From the NCBI GenBank assembly GCA_963728565.1, contig CAVSLC010000012.1:22976-86975 (forward strand): a DNA stretch of 64,000 bases, given 5' to 3'. Both the position numbers and the translations under genes were made by a program. The notes under the pieces are model-generated. The model saw only the letters and a program-made list of their open reading frames with translations, was not told the origin of the DNA and did not search any database. The stretch comes from an uncultured delta proteobacterium (GTDB taxonomy: Bacteria > Desulfobacterota > Binatia > UBA9968). Shown here one piece after another: positions 52,651 to 63,301 of this stretch. Position 1 is the first letter of the stretch. Every line of letters starts with the position of its first letter.

Positions 52651-53244
52651 CTAGAGGCTGCCCTTGGTGGACAGCACGCCCGTGATACGTTCGTCAAAGC
52701 CGGTCGCCATGTCCATCGCGCGCGCAAACGCTTTGAAACAAGCTTCAATAATATGATGTGGATTTTCGCCGCGAATCACATCGATGTGCAGATTCATGCC
52801 GAGCTGGTTGGTAAACGCCGCGTAAAACTCATGCGGCAGGTCGGTATCGAAACTGCCGACTCGACCGGGGCGAATTTTGACGTTGTACGAAAGATAGGGT
52901 CGGCCGCTCAAGTCGATAACCACCTTCGCCAAAGTTTCATCTAACGGGCAGCTTGCCTCGCCGAACCGGCGAATCCCTTGTTTATCGCCCAGTGCCTTCT
53001 TGAATGCCTCACCCAATGCCAGACCGACATCCTCGACAGTGTGATGATAGTCAACTTCTAAATCGCCTCTTGCCTGAACCTTTATGTCGAACAAGCCGTG
53101 GCGCGAAAAGCTGTCCAACATGTGGTTGAAAAACGGCATGCCGGTTTCAATGTCCGCTTTGCCGCTGCCCTCGAGATCAACCGAAGCTACGATTTCGGTT
53201 TCCTTGGTCTTACGTTCAACCATGCCGGTGCGTCCCATTGTCAC
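52651..53244 (-). CDS. hisB: Imidazoleglycerol-phosphate dehydratase
   Basis: RKTKET, HHTVEDVG, NPHHIIEA, STKGSL. Confidence 0.96.
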   Translation of the reverse strand: MTMGRTGMVERKTKETEIVASVDLEGSGKADIETGMPFFNHMLDSFSRHGLFDIKVQARGDLEVDYHHTVEDVGLALGEAFKKALGDKQGIRRFGEASCPLDETLAKVVIDLSGRPYLSYNVKIRPGRVGSFDTDLPHEFYAAFTNQLGMNLHIDVIRGENPHHIIEACFKAFARAMDMATGFDERITGVLSTKGSL

Positions 53245-54536
53245 CCCTCCTTCACGAATCGCGCCTCGACAGCGCGCGCATGATTATCGAGCCCTTCAAG
53301 TCGCGCCAGCTGAATAATCTTGGGAGCCAAAGCCCGCAAGGCGCGTTTTTCGGCGTGAATCACCGTAGTTCGCTTGAGGAAGTCATAGGTGCCCAGTGGA
53401 GAGAAAAAGCGCGCGGTGCCGCCCGTCGGAAGCACGTGATTTGGGCCGGCGAGATAGTCCCCTAACGGCGGCGCCGAATAAGGCCCTATGAAGATAGCTC
53501 CGGCGTTGCGGATCTCCAATGCCCATTTTTGCGGCTGTCGAACGAGTAGTTCGAGATGCTCCGGCGCAATCTGGTTGGCGATCCTCACAGCTTCGGTCAA
53601 ATCGGCGGTAACAATGATGGCCCCGTAATTTTCTAGCGACTTCATTGTAATACTGTGTCGCGGGGCCCGGCGTAGCTGCTCTTGGAGCGTCTGCTGTATC
53701 TTTGTCGCGGCACTCATCGAGGGCGTAATGCATAGAGCTGCGGCAAGTTCGTCATGCTCAGCCTGGGAAAGCATGTCTGCGGCGACATGCGCCGGATCGG
53801 CAGAATCGTCAGCCAGCAGCAGGATTTCGCTGGGCCCGGCGATGGAATCGATGTTGACTTCACCGAAAACCAGCCGCTTGGCGGTCGCGACAAAGATATT
53901 TCCCGGCCCAACGATTTTGTCGACTTTGGGAATCGACGCAGTACCGAACGCTAAAGCCGCAATTGCCTGAGCGCCGCCGACGCGAAAAATCCGGTCGACA
54001 CCGGCAATTTTGGCGGCGGCTAGAATGATATCGGCGTCGTTACCTATGGGCGAGGTCATGACGATTTGCTTAACCCCTGCCACTTTCGCCGGCATTACGT
54101 TCATCAGCACAGTTGAGGGATAAGAGGCTTTGCCTCCCGGAACATAAACTCCGACTCGCTCCAGTGGAGTAATTCTTTGCCCCAGAACCATTCCCAGTGA
54201 ATCGCGATAACCCCAGCTTTTCTGCAATTGGCGCCGGTGAAACGCGGCGATCCGCTTGGCAGCGAGACGCAGAGTGCCGAGATCCTTGGCAGGCACTTTG
54301 CCCATCGCCTGATTGATTTCATCAGCTGTGACTTCCATGGTGGCGCGAGTCAAGCGCCTCTGATCAAATTCCTGAGTGTAACGTAGCACCGCGCGATCGC
54401 CTTGTTGCTGCACTGTCCGGATGATCTCATTGACGCGCTGCTCGATGTCGCCTTGACGACCGCCACGGCGCGCAAGAATTCGCCTGATCAGCGAGCGATA
54501 GCCCGGCTCAGATGTCTTATAGATCCTAACCTTCAC
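53241..54536 (-). CDS. hisD: Histidinol dehydrogenase
   Basis: YVPGG, GGAQAIAA, GPGNIFV, AGPSE, QAEHD, GPNHVLPT. Confidence 0.97.
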   Translation of the reverse strand: MKVRIYKTSEPGYRSLIRRILARRGGRQGDIEQRVNEIIRTVQQQGDRAVLRYTQEFDQRRLTRATMEVTADEINQAMGKVPAKDLGTLRLAAKRIAAFHRRQLQKSWGYRDSLGMVLGQRITPLERVGVYVPGGKASYPSTVLMNVMPAKVAGVKQIVMTSPIGNDADIILAAAKIAGVDRIFRVGGAQAIAALAFGTASIPKVDKIVGPGNIFVATAKRLVFGEVNIDSIAGPSEILLLADDSADPAHVAADMLSQAEHDELAAALCITPSMSAATKIQQTLQEQLRRAPRHSITMKSLENYGAIIVTADLTEAVRIANQIAPEHLELLVRQPQKWALEIRNAGAIFIGPYSAPPLGDYLAGPNHVLPTGGTARFFSPLGTYDFLKRTTVIHAEKRALRALAPKIIQLARLEGLDNHARAVEARFVKEG

Positions 54537-54583
54537 GCTTGGCGATTCTCCCTGGCAGAGACGAAGAACACGCGGCTTGCTGC

Positions 54584-55852
54584 CTATGCTTTAACCCGCT
54601 CGATCTGCGCCCCCAGGCTGGATAATTTCTCTTCGATATATTCATAGCCCCGGTCCAAGTGGTACACCCTGGAGACTTCAGTCGACCCGCTTGCTACCAG
54701 TCCAGCAAGAATGAGCGAAATACTGGCCCGCAGATCCGTCGCCATTACCGGCGCGCCCGACAGCTCCCTGGCGCCACGAACCACGGCGCGATTGCCTTCG
54801 AGCTGGATCTGGGCTCCCATACGGTCCAGTTCCTGCGCATGCATGAAACGGTTTTCAAAAATCGTTTCGGTGATAACGCTAACGCCATCGGCCACCGACA
54901 TGAGAACCATCATCTGAGCTTGCAGATCCGTTGCGAAGCCAGGATAAGGCAAAGTTGTTACATCAACGCTTTTGATTTTGCCATTTCTCCGCACTCTGAT
55001 GCCGCCGGCATCGCAGCTAAGCACGACACCCGCCTCCTGCAGCTTGATCAGAAAAGCGTCCAGATGTTCGGCCCGCGCGCCTTTAATCCAAACATCACCG
55101 CCGGTAATGGCGCTGGCGATCACGAAACTGCCCGCTTCGATGCGATCGGGAATGATCTCGTGCGAAAATCCATGCAGCGAATCTACTCCGTCGATCTGAA
55201 CAATGTCGGTGCCCGCGCCGCGAACCCTCCCACCCATTTTGTTCAAGGCAGAGGCCAGATCCTCAATCTCCGGTTCCTTGGCGGCATTCTCGATAACCGT
55301 TGTGCCGTCGGCAAGCGTCGCCGCCATCATGAGATTCTCGGTGGCGCCAACCGAGGGCAAGTCGAGATAGATCTTCGCCCCACGCAACCGAACCGCGGTT
55401 GCCTCGATGTAGCCATGGGAGTGCTCAATGCGCGCGCCCATTGCTTCCAAGCCTTTGAGATGCAGATTGACCGGACGCGCGCCGATGGCGCAGCCGCCGG
55501 GGGTCGAGACTCTTGCTTGGCCAAAGCGAGCCGTCAAGGGTCCCAGCACCAAAAAGGACGCGCGCATGGTTTTCACCAAATCGTAAGAGGCTTCAAGCTT
55601 ACTTACAGCCTCAGCTTGTAATGCCAGTTCGCTGGTTCCTCGAGCCCACCCCTGTTTGTCGATCTTTACACCCAGCCCGCCGAGAAGTTTCAAAGTCGTA
55701 TGGATATCGGCCAGATTCGGAACTCGCTGGTAGCGGCAAGGTTCCGCCGTCAGTAAGGATGCTATTAAAATTGGCAGCGCCGCATTTTTCGATCCGCTGA
55801 CAGTGACTTCACCGGTGAGTCTTTTGCCCCCGTGCACGATGATTTTGTCCAT
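54584..55852 (-). CDS. murA: UDP-N-acetylglucosamine 1-carboxyvinyltransferase
   Basis: [39 protein letters not shown]. Confidence 0.97.
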   Translation of the reverse strand: MDKIIVHGGKRLTGEVTVSGSKNAALPILIASLLTAEPCRYQRVPNLADIHTTLKLLGGLGVKIDKQGWARGTSELALQAEAVSKLEASYDLVKTMRASFLVLGPLTARFGQARVSTPGGCAIGARPVNLHLKGLEAMGARIEHSHGYIEATAVRLRGAKIYLDLPSVGATENLMMAATLADGTTVIENAAKEPEIEDLASALNKMGGRVRGAGTDIVQIDGVDSLHGFSHEIIPDRIEAGSFVIASAITGGDVWIKGARAEHLDAFLIKLQEAGVVLSCDAGGIRVRRNGKIKSVDVTTLPYPGFATDLQAQMMVLMSVADGVSVITETIFENRFMHAQELDRMGAQIQLEGNRAVVRGARELSGAPVMATDLRASISLILAGLVASGSTEVSRVYHLDRGYEYIEEKLSSLGAQIERVKA

Positions 55853-55863
55853 TGGTTGTGGCT

Positions 55864-56790
55864 CTAGGCGGAGTTTGGCGATGCCGCGTAGGCGACAATC
55901 ACGCGATCCCTAAGGGCATAATCTTGGTACACCAGCGGCGGCGCATAATTACCGGCGGCGCCCAGCAACTTCGTAATCTCGCGTCCCATAGCAGCGCCGA
56001 TTTCCATGATCAACGCACCGCCCGGCAGCAGATGACGCAATCCCTGGCCTACGATGCCGCGATAGTAATCGAGTCCATCAAGACCGCCGTCCAGTGCGGT
56101 TCGCGGCTCCCACTGCCTAACCTCCGGCGCCAGACCGGGGAGCTCACCGCGCCTAACATACGGAGGATTGGCAACGATGAGATGGAACTCATGCTCTCCG
56201 ATTGAATCGAACAGATTGCTGGCACAAAATTGGATCCGATCGGCGACTTGATGACGAGCGGCATTGTGGCGCGCAATCTCAAGTGCCGCCGGTGATACAT
56301 CCGTGGCCAATACTTGCGCCCACGGCAGTTCCTTTGCCAGTGTGATTGCAAGGGCGCCGCTGCCAGTGCCGATATCGAGAATTCGCAAGGGCAAGTCACC
56401 GTCGAAAGCGCCGGCGCATTCCAGGGAGGTCTCAACGAGCCGTTCGGTTTCCGGCCGAGGAATGAGGACATCGGGCGTGACCAGGAAATCAAGGGACCAG
56501 AACTCCTGACGACCGGTGATGTAGGCTATCGGCTCGCGCTGTAACCGGCGCACCAAAAGATCACCAAACCGAAGTCGCGCACTACGCTCCAGTGGCTCAT
56601 CGAGACTGACGTAGAGCTGCGATTTCTCGGCTCGTAGCGCGTGGCACATCAGCACCTCGGCATCAAGACGCGCCGAATCAATTCCCGCGGCTTGAAGTCG
56701 CTGTGCAGCGCCAACGAGTACGCAGCGGATTGTCTGCGGTCCCGACGTTGAATATACCGCCTGGCTGTCCGTATCCATGCAAGTCATCAC
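55864..56790 (-). CDS. prmC: Release factor glutamine methyltransferase
   Basis: [20 protein letters not shown]; directly after prfA. Confidence 0.95.
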   Translation of the reverse strand: MMTCMDTDSQAVYSTSGPQTIRCVLVGAAQRLQAAGIDSARLDAEVLMCHALRAEKSQLYVSLDEPLERSARLRFGDLLVRRLQREPIAYITGRQEFWSLDFLVTPDVLIPRPETERLVETSLECAGAFDGDLPLRILDIGTGSGALAITLAKELPWAQVLATDVSPAALEIARHNAARHQVADRIQFCASNLFDSIGEHEFHLIVANPPYVRRGELPGLAPEVRQWEPRTALDGGLDGLDYYRGIVGQGLRHLLPGGALIMEIGAAMGREITKLLGAAGNYAPPLVYQDYALRDRVIVAYAASPNSA

Positions 56791-57851
56791 CCGGTGGCCT
56801 TCAGTGCTTCCGCTTGATAGTGCGTGATTAGTCCATCGACAATCTCATCGATTTGCCCGTCCATGATACGCTCGAGCTGGTAAATCGTTAGATTGATACG
56901 ATGGTCGGTGAGCCTTCCTTGAGGAAAGTTATAGGTGCGAATTCGTTCGCTCCGGTCGCCGCTGCCAACCATCAGCTTTCGCGTTGCGGCAATCTCCGAG
57001 CGCTGTTCTTCCTGTTTTTTTTCCAGTAGCCGGGCCATCATGATTTTCATCCCTTTGGCTCGGTTCTTGTGCTGTGATTTCTCATCCTGGCATGACACCA
57101 CGATGCCGCTTGGGATGTGCGTGATCCGCACCGCAGAGTCGGTTGTATTGACGCTCTGGCCGCCGGGTCCCGACGAGCGAAAAACATCGATGCGGATATC
57201 CTTCGGATCGATGTCGAGTTCCACTTCATCCGCTTCCGCAAGCACCGCGACCGTCACTGCCGATGTGTGAATACGCCCGGAACCCTCGGTGACGGGAACT
57301 CGCTGCACTCGATGAACTCCGCCCTCGAACTTGAGGCGGCTATAGGCGCCCTTTCCCTCGACCATCAGAATGATTTCTTTGAAGCCGCCGAGCCCGGTCG
57401 GACTGGACGTCAGAATCTCAACGCGCCAGCCGCGCGATTCGGCGTAGCGAGAATACATGCGGTAAAGCTCGCCGGCAAAGAGCGCGGCCTCGTCACCGCC
57501 CGTGCCGGCGCGAATTTCGATAATCACGTTTTTGCTGTCGTTAGGGTCTTTAGGCAGAATCAGATACTTCAGACGGTTTTCCAACTCTTCCTCGCGCTGA
57601 CGAAGAGCGTTGACCTCTTCTTTGGCCAGCTCTCTTATGGCCTCGTCGTTTTCTTCGAGGAGTTGACGATTTTCTTGTATCTCCTGCTCGACCTTGCGCC
57701 ATTCACGGTAAGAGACGACGATCTCCTCCAATTCGGATCTCTCCTTGGCCAGCTTGGAATATTCCCGCTGTAGGGCGGCAAGGCCCGGATCCGACATCAG
57801 ACGTTCCAGCTCTTCGTAGCGCTTTTCAACCTCTGCCAGTTTATCAAGCAT
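56787..57851 (-). CDS. prfA: Peptide chain release factor 1
   Basis: PVT specificity motif, [15 protein letters not shown]. Start set at MLDKL. Confidence 0.97.
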   Translation of the reverse strand: MLDKLAEVEKRYEELERLMSDPGLAALQREYSKLAKERSELEEIVVSYREWRKVEQEIQENRQLLEENDEAIRELAKEEVNALRQREEELENRLKYLILPKDPNDSKNVIIEIRAGTGGDEAALFAGELYRMYSRYAESRGWRVEILTSSPTGLGGFKEIILMVEGKGAYSRLKFEGGVHRVQRVPVTEGSGRIHTSAVTVAVLAEADEVELDIDPKDIRIDVFRSSGPGGQSVNTTDSAVRITHIPSGIVVSCQDEKSQHKNRAKGMKIMMARLLEKKQEEQRSEIAATRKLMVGSGDRSERIRTYNFPQGRLTDHRINLTIYQLERIMDGQIDEIVDGLITHYQAEALKATG

Positions 57852-57890
57852 AGGATTTAACCTGAGAAATTGGATGTTTCCGAAAAGTAT

Positions 57891-57930
57891 AAAAAAAGGG
57901 CAAAGAGAGGATGACAACTCTTTGCCCTTT
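57891..57930 (-). terminator. Rho-independent terminator after rpmE
   Basis: Stem AAAGGGCAAAGAG/CTCTTTGCCCTTT with an adjoining A tract. Confidence 0.8.
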
Positions 57931-57982
57931 CCGCGCCGGAAATTGTTAAGTCTCTCAGTTCAGCCCCAGTCCTCCGCTGAAC

Positions 57983-58192
57983 TCAAGCTTCGCTTTTGGG
58001 GGCGTATCGCTTTCTGAACTTCTCTACGCGTCCTGCTGCGTCAATGAATTTTTGTTTTCCAGTAAAGAAAGGGTGACAGTTGGAACAGATATCGACGTGG
58101 ATGTTGCCGACGGTGGAACGCGTCTCCACTGTAAAGCCGCAAGCACAGATAACCTGCGCCTGTTTGTACTCTGGATGGATGCCTTGTTTCAT
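57983..58192 (-). CDS. rpmE: 50S ribosomal protein L31 (zinc-binding form)
   Basis: [25 protein letters not shown]; GAGG RBS. Confidence 0.96.
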   Translation of the reverse strand: MKQGIHPEYKQAQVICACGFTVETRSTVGNIHVDICSNCHPFFTGKQKFIDAAGRVEKFRKRYAPKSEA

Positions 58193-58286
58193 AGCTACCT
58201 CGCGATCACTGTTTATAACACACTGAAGTAATCTCTTCAAATCGATCCCGCTTCGACAGAGCTTAGAGAATTTCGTGCAGGGTGGT

Positions 58287-58775
58287 TTAAGAGGCCGGCA
58301 ATAACTTAGAATGAAGTTCCAGGTGATCAGCGATGGCGGCCAGACCAAGAACGTTGGTGGGATGTTGATATAGTCTCAGGACCTCGGGCTGCTTTGCTCG
58401 TTTCGACAGCCTTCGGTTCAACTCGCCAATAAACAATATGGCATCGGCCCAGTAATGATCTTTGTAGTAACGCATCGTTGAATCGTGGGCCAGGTCCGAG
58501 TCTTTCAGCCACTGCTGCCGTAATGCGCGCGCCCCCTCTTTACTCGCGTTCGGCCGGTCCTTTCTGTCGTACTCGGTCATTAACTCACGGTCCTTTTTTT
58601 TGTAAGAATCGACCAAGCGGCGGATGTCTTGGACGAGCTGAAGCGATTTTTGCTTGAGTGCTCTGTTCGATACGTGGGAATAAACGGTCGTCTCGGTCGT
58701 TGCTCCGAGGGTGATGATCGCCATTAATCCGATAAACAAGAGAAAAGCCGCGCGTTTCGCAACGCGCAAATCCAT
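58287..58775 (-). CDS. Hypothetical helical protein with N-terminal TM/signal segment
   Basis: Open frame with hydrophobic [16 protein letters not shown] followed by a charged helical region; no family recognised. Confidence 0.55.
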   Translation of the reverse strand: MDLRVAKRAAFLLFIGLMAIITLGATTETTVYSHVSNRALKQKSLQLVQDIRRLVDSYKKKDRELMTEYDRKDRPNASKEGARALRQQWLKDSDLAHDSTMRYYKDHYWADAILFIGELNRRLSKRAKQPEVLRLYQHPTNVLGLAAIADHLELHSKLLPAS

Positions 58776-59007
58776 GGAGAGATCGAGTCCTAACTGCATG
58801 GTGATTTTGATCAGCAACCTTCGTTCATACTGGTTTCCCGCCGGTTTCAAGTCATAATATGCCAGCGGTGCGAGGGCAAACAAGACGGCAACCAGGCAGC
58901 TGTGCGATCTGCTAAACTAAGCTTGCGAAGGAGCCGGAGCAATTGTCCGGATGAAACGCCGATGATACAGCTCGAAGAACCATCCACTGGATTCACGGAG
59001 GACAGCC

Positions 59008-59439
59008 GTGCCTAAGGTGCGCACGCACTACGATAACTTAAAAGTGGCACGCGATGCGCCGCCTGAAGTGATCCGCGCCGCATATAAATCCTTGTCACAG
59101 AAGTATCATCCCGATCGAAATCCGGGCGATCCAAAAGCATCCAGGACCATGACGATCATCAATGCGGCTTACAGGGTTCTTTCCGATCCTGATCTGCGAA
59201 GGAAACATGACGAGTGGATCCGGAAGGTCGAAGCTGAACCGCCAGCCAAGCCCCGACCGACAACCCGTCCGGCGGCAAATAGACCTTCTCGACCGCCAAC
59301 CCCCAAAACTCCAGCGCCTCAAGCGCCGGTCTTTAAGAGCAAATACAAAATCGTCAATCACTTGAGACGTTATGGCTGGGTTTACCTGTTTCTGCTGCTA
59401 GTCGAATGTCTTTTGATCGCGACGATGTTGTTTTTGTAA
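59008..59439 (+). CDS. J-domain protein with Pro-rich linker and C-terminal TM anchor
   Basis: THYDNLKV, KYHPDRN (HPD), INAAYRVLSDP; hydrophobic C-terminus. Confidence 0.88.
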   Translation: MPKVRTHYDNLKVARDAPPEVIRAAYKSLSQKYHPDRNPGDPKASRTMTIINAAYRVLSDPDLRRKHDEWIRKVEAEPPAKPRPTTRPAANRPSRPPTPKTPAPQAPVFKSKYKIVNHLRRYGWVYLFLLLVECLLIATMLFL

Positions 59440-59618
59440 GGCAACCATTCGAGCTAACCCGAGCGCCTTGCAGCGCGAAGCTAATAGCGTGAAAGCTAGG
59501 AGGCCAGAAATCTCCAGCTTCCCAGCTTTCTCCCGCCGAGCTTTTTAGCTTCCCCGCTTCCCAGCTGTAGAGATCTCTGCTGAAAGACTTCAAAGAACCC
59601 GGAGTAAGCCCGATCACG

Positions 59619-59655
59619 AAAAAAAAGCCCGGTCTGGAGGACTCCCCAGCCGGGC
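59619..59655 (-). terminator. Rho-independent terminator after the FAD oxidoreductase
   Basis: A8 tract followed by the GCCCGG...CCGGGC stem. Confidence 0.7.
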
Positions 59656-59716
59656 CGATCAAAATGCGATTACCAGCATGCGTTAGCACGAAATCGTCAC
59701 ATTCGGATACACCAAA

Positions 59717-60898
59717 CTACGCGTCAAGTCGGGCGTCTGTCGACTTATAACCGTATCTGTCAGGCTCAGTTATTTCTTTTCGCGACAACACGGCGGCTAG
59801 ACTTATCAATCGCGGCTGCGCAAGAAGGATGCGGCATACGATTCTGGCCGCCTGATCGCGGTTGTATCTGCCTAACAAGTGGATGGTCTTTTCGTTCATC
59901 AAACCGAGAAGCCGGTCGTAATCTGCGCCGTGAAATCGGTTCAATACGTTCCTGATCAGCAGATGCAGACTCAGCTCCCGGCGCAACGCGCGCAGCTCCT
60001 TCATGTAATCGGAGCCGCGCAAGATCGCATTGGCCGCAGCTCTTGCGCCGCGTAATCCGGTCACCAGGCCGCCCACAGTCGTGACCTTGACCTGAGCCGC
60101 GGCATCGCCGATCAGGTAGACCTGGCAACGGCCGATACGCCGGCACGGTCGAGTGGAATGGGCGTAGGAAGGTATTCGGGCTGACTGCATCTCCACGGCT
60201 TTGAGCCCGATGCGGTCGAGAAATCGTTCCAATCTGCGCCTCGCGCTCTTGCCATCTTCGGCGATAAAGCCTACGGCCGCATGGGTTTTTGATTGCGGGA
60301 TGAGCCAATAAAAATAACGCGTATCCGCCGGCTCAAACCAGACTTGCGTAGTGCCCGGCCGCGTTCCCTTCGGCAGTTCGACTATCGCTTGGAGAAGCGG
60401 CGTCGTGCCGTGGCCATTGCGCGCGGTGGCTTTCGCCACACGGCTCGATATGCCGTCGGCGCCGATCAGGATTTTACTCTCAATCTCTTCGGTTCGGTCT
60501 CGGTGAGCATCCCGGATGGTGATTGTCAGAGACTCATCGCCCGGCTTCATATCGATTAACTTGCAACCGCCCCTAAGCTCGACCCCGGCGTCGACGGCTT
60601 TACGAGCCAGCAGCCGAACGACGCTGGATCGTTCGACGACCAAATCCGGCTCTTGCATCGGAATGCTTACCGAACGACGCGGTGAATAAAGCTCGATTCG
60701 GTCGATCTGGTTGACAACCGCTTCAGTGGGGAAAAAGCCCAGAGCTTCGCTTAATCGTGAGGTCGTGATCAAAGTCCGACAATCTACGTTCAGGACATCA
60801 TTTGCATCGAAGAGCCGTACCCTTTTGCCCTCCCGGGCGAGCAAGTAGGCTGCAAATAATCCCGCTGCCGAACCGCCGATGATATCAACATCTGCCAC
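59717..60898 (-). CDS. NAD(P)/FAD-dependent oxidoreductase, geranylgeranyl reductase family
   Basis: IIGGSAAG, IGADG, FYWLIP, IGDAAAQVKVTTVGG. GTG start at 60898 after GAGGAAG. Confidence 0.8.
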   Translation of the reverse strand: MADVDIIGGSAAGLFAAYLLAREGKRVRLFDANDVLNVDCRTLITTSRLSEALGFFPTEAVVNQIDRIELYSPRRSVSIPMQEPDLVVERSSVVRLLARKAVDAGVELRGGCKLIDMKPGDESLTITIRDAHRDRTEEIESKILIGADGISSRVAKATARNGHGTTPLLQAIVELPKGTRPGTTQVWFEPADTRYFYWLIPQSKTHAAVGFIAEDGKSARRRLERFLDRIGLKAVEMQSARIPSYAHSTRPCRRIGRCQVYLIGDAAAQVKVTTVGGLVTGLRGARAAANAILRGSDYMKELRALRRELSLHLLIRNVLNRFHGADYDRLLGLMNEKTIHLLGRYNRDQAARIVCRILLAQPRLISLAAVLSRKEITEPDRYGYKSTDARLDA

Positions 60899-60916
60899 TA
60901 TCTCTTCCTCCCTTTT

Positions 60917-61042
60917 CAAGCCTGCTGAAAAAGACTCATATGCTTTGTTGCGCTCAATCGGCTCGCTGTGACGTAGCATAAGTACGCCTTCGCTCGTCGA
61001 TTCTTCGCGCGCCGCGCATCTGAGATCTTTTTGAGCAGCTTG
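60917..61042. repeat. ~125-bp intergenic palindromic (MITE/REP-like) element, copy 2
   Basis: caagcctgctgaaaaagactcatatg...ctgagatctttttgagcagcttg; aligns with 18379-18503. Confidence 0.7.
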
Positions 61043-61066
61043 CGATGAGTTTTTTTAATCCTGCCG

Positions 61067-61380
61067 CCCGATCTCTGATCTCCGTCTTCCGACGATCGCG
61101 CTGCGGCTCGTTAGCGTTCTTTGCGTTTGCTCCCCGCTCCTTGCTCGCAAACTTCCGACCTCTGACTTCCGACTTCTGGCTCCGCTCTCCCTGCTCCATG
61201 CTCTTTTCCCGCTAACCCAACACCTGATACCTAATACCCGATACCCGATCCCTGCGTTCGTTGCGTCCATCGCGTTACAGCGTTGCGGATGGGGGACCGG
61301 AGACGGATGACCGCTTGGCGCCTTGCTCTTCGCTGAGGGCTCCATGCTCTCTGCTCCTTGCTCCATGCTCGATGCTCTTG
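61067..61380. repeat. Mosaic of short degenerate tandem arrays (mostly 7-mers, some 9-mers)
   Basis: Examples: tccgacc-tctgact-tccgact-tctggct; acccaac-acctgat-acctaat-acccgat-acccgat; gctccat-gctctct-gctcctt-gctccat-gctcgat-gctcttg. Confidence 0.8.
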
Positions 61381-61999
61381 CTGTTAACTCCCTGCTCATC
61401 GCTGACCTTCGGAAAGTAAACGCCGTCGCGGCGAAAAAGTAACACGGCCGCCTTGAGTAAGATCGAGAAATCCAATGACAGCGACCAGTGATCGACATAA
61501 CAAAGGTCCATTCGGACCCGTTCATCCCACGGCAGTCGATTGCGCCCATTAATCCACGCCAAACCCGCCATGCCAGGTTTAATGTCGAAGCGCCGGCTAT
61601 GCTCCGACGAGCAGTAGGCTGCTTGCGCCGCCACCCAGGGTCGCGGCCCGACGATGCTCATATCGCCTTCGAGCACATTCCAGAGCTGCGGAATCTCATC
61701 CAGCGTCCAGAGTCGCAAAAGCCGTCCGACGCGTGTGATGCGCTCGTCATCGGCTGTGACCGTCAGTTTGCTGCCATGTTCTCTGCGCCGACAACCATCG
61801 TGCGAAACTTGTAACAGCGAAAATTTTTTCGTCCCCTGCCGACCCGGTCTTGCACGAACAACACCGGCCCGCCGTCATCCCATTTGATCGCTAGAGCGAT
61901 GATGCCGATAATCGGTGACAATGTCAGCAGCGCAGTTGCCGAAACAGTGACGTCAAAAATACGCTTCAACGCGAGAGCAGTCTTAGAGTTGCAAGTCAT
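61275..61999 (-). CDS. Bacterial sugar transferase (undecaprenyl-phosphate phosphoglycosyltransferase); frameshift near 61765
   Basis: KRIFDV and YKFRTM in ORF 61763-61999; [22 protein letters not shown] and KPGMAGLA in ORF 61275-61718. Confidence 0.9.
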
Positions 62000-62014
62000 C
62001 TTATCTCCATCGGC

Positions 62015-63301
62015 TCAAAGCTGGTGTATTTCTGTTTGAGCGGTTTCGGTGGGAGTGCACACCACATGCTGCTCTTCAGAAGTTGCCGCGCCATCTTCGA
62101 ACGGTTGCTTGACGATTGCGATCATGCGCGGGATCAAGGACTCGCTTGAAACGAGCGACATCAGCTCATTGGAAGGTGAAATATGTAAAGTTGCGGCAGC
62201 CGCGGCCGCTCGAATATGTGCGACGACGCATCCGATATCACCATGGTGCGCGGTACGCGCTTGCATCTGAGCAGGATACCGCTTCAGAAGATCCGAAACA
62301 TGGCTTTCTTCGGGACCGATGTAAAGGAACGGCGCGCCGATAGCGATGATGTTATAGACCTTGCACGGATGTACCAGCCCTTTGAACCGCTCTCCCATGA
62401 TAACCACGTGGAGGTCGGCCGCCGAAAGCGAGCCGGCAAGTTGGCTGCGCGGCTGGTAAGGCAGGCAAAGGATATTCGATAAGGAATTGTTCCGAGCGAA
62501 GTCTTTGACCTTGTGAAACTCGCTGCCGCCGCCAACGAAACAGAATACGATCCGCTCCTCCGACTGCAGTGTTAGAGCCGCCGTTAAAAGAGTGTCGAGT
62601 GGATGGCAGGCACTGTGATTACCGGAGTACATCACCACGAACTAGTGAGTTAACCGGTGCGACTCCCGAAACGCCCTACGGCCGGCCTCCTCGTATCGAA
62701 TTTCCGCGTCGTGCGACCATGGCGGAATAACGGTTATGCGCTCGGCTGTAATGCCCTTGTAAATGATTCGCTCCCGCATAAAGCGGTCAAGCGCGATAAT
62801 CCGATCCGAGCGTCTGAGGCTGTATTTGAGAAGCGCTTGCAGCACGCGAGCAACGAGGGAATTCTTCCGAACCCAGCCCAATTCAATGCCCTCGTCCGGA
62901 TTGAGGTCCATGACCCAAAAACAAAATCGCCCGCCGCGCAGTTTGACGAACAAGGCGCCGAAGAACGAAATCAATGGCGGAGAGGTAAGCGCCAAGGTAA
63001 GATCTTGACGCGGTAGGAACATCAATCGCACAAAGCAGATCAGCAAATAACTAGCAAAATCCAAGCAGCGGAGCCACTTGTTCGCTTTACCTAAGCCAAG
63101 GGACGGTATGCGTATGATATCTATGCCGCGCCAATTCTCGCGTCCGCAAAAACGCTGGGTCGGGTCGTCGTAGCCGCGCCGGCTTGCGAGAACCGTCACC
63201 TGATGGCCTCTATCGATCAAGCCCAGCGCAAGGTCCGTCAAATGCTGCGCCGTCGCCACGACGTCGGGATAGAAGCACTGGTTGAGGAGTAAGATTCTCA
63301 T
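62015..63301 (-). CDS. Glycosyltransferase family 4 (WcaI/WbuB-like), interrupted by one in-frame TAG at 62642-62644
   Basis: NQCFYPDVVAT, TSPP and WVMDLNPD, then CAC TAG TTC GTG GTG ATG TAC (H*FVVMYSGNH) in the same frame, then HPCKVYN. Confidence 0.85.

Noticed and set aside
61055-61549. ORFs 61055-61549 and 60954-61199 with SEVRGRK/SMEQGA-type sequence
   Set aside because: They are translations of the heptamer arrays and the palindromic element, not credible proteins.
62642-62644. Pyrrolysine or genome-wide TAG recoding
   Set aside because: TAG serves as a normal stop for other genes here (e.g. hisB, murA, dapB), RF1 is intact, and no pyl genes are in the window.
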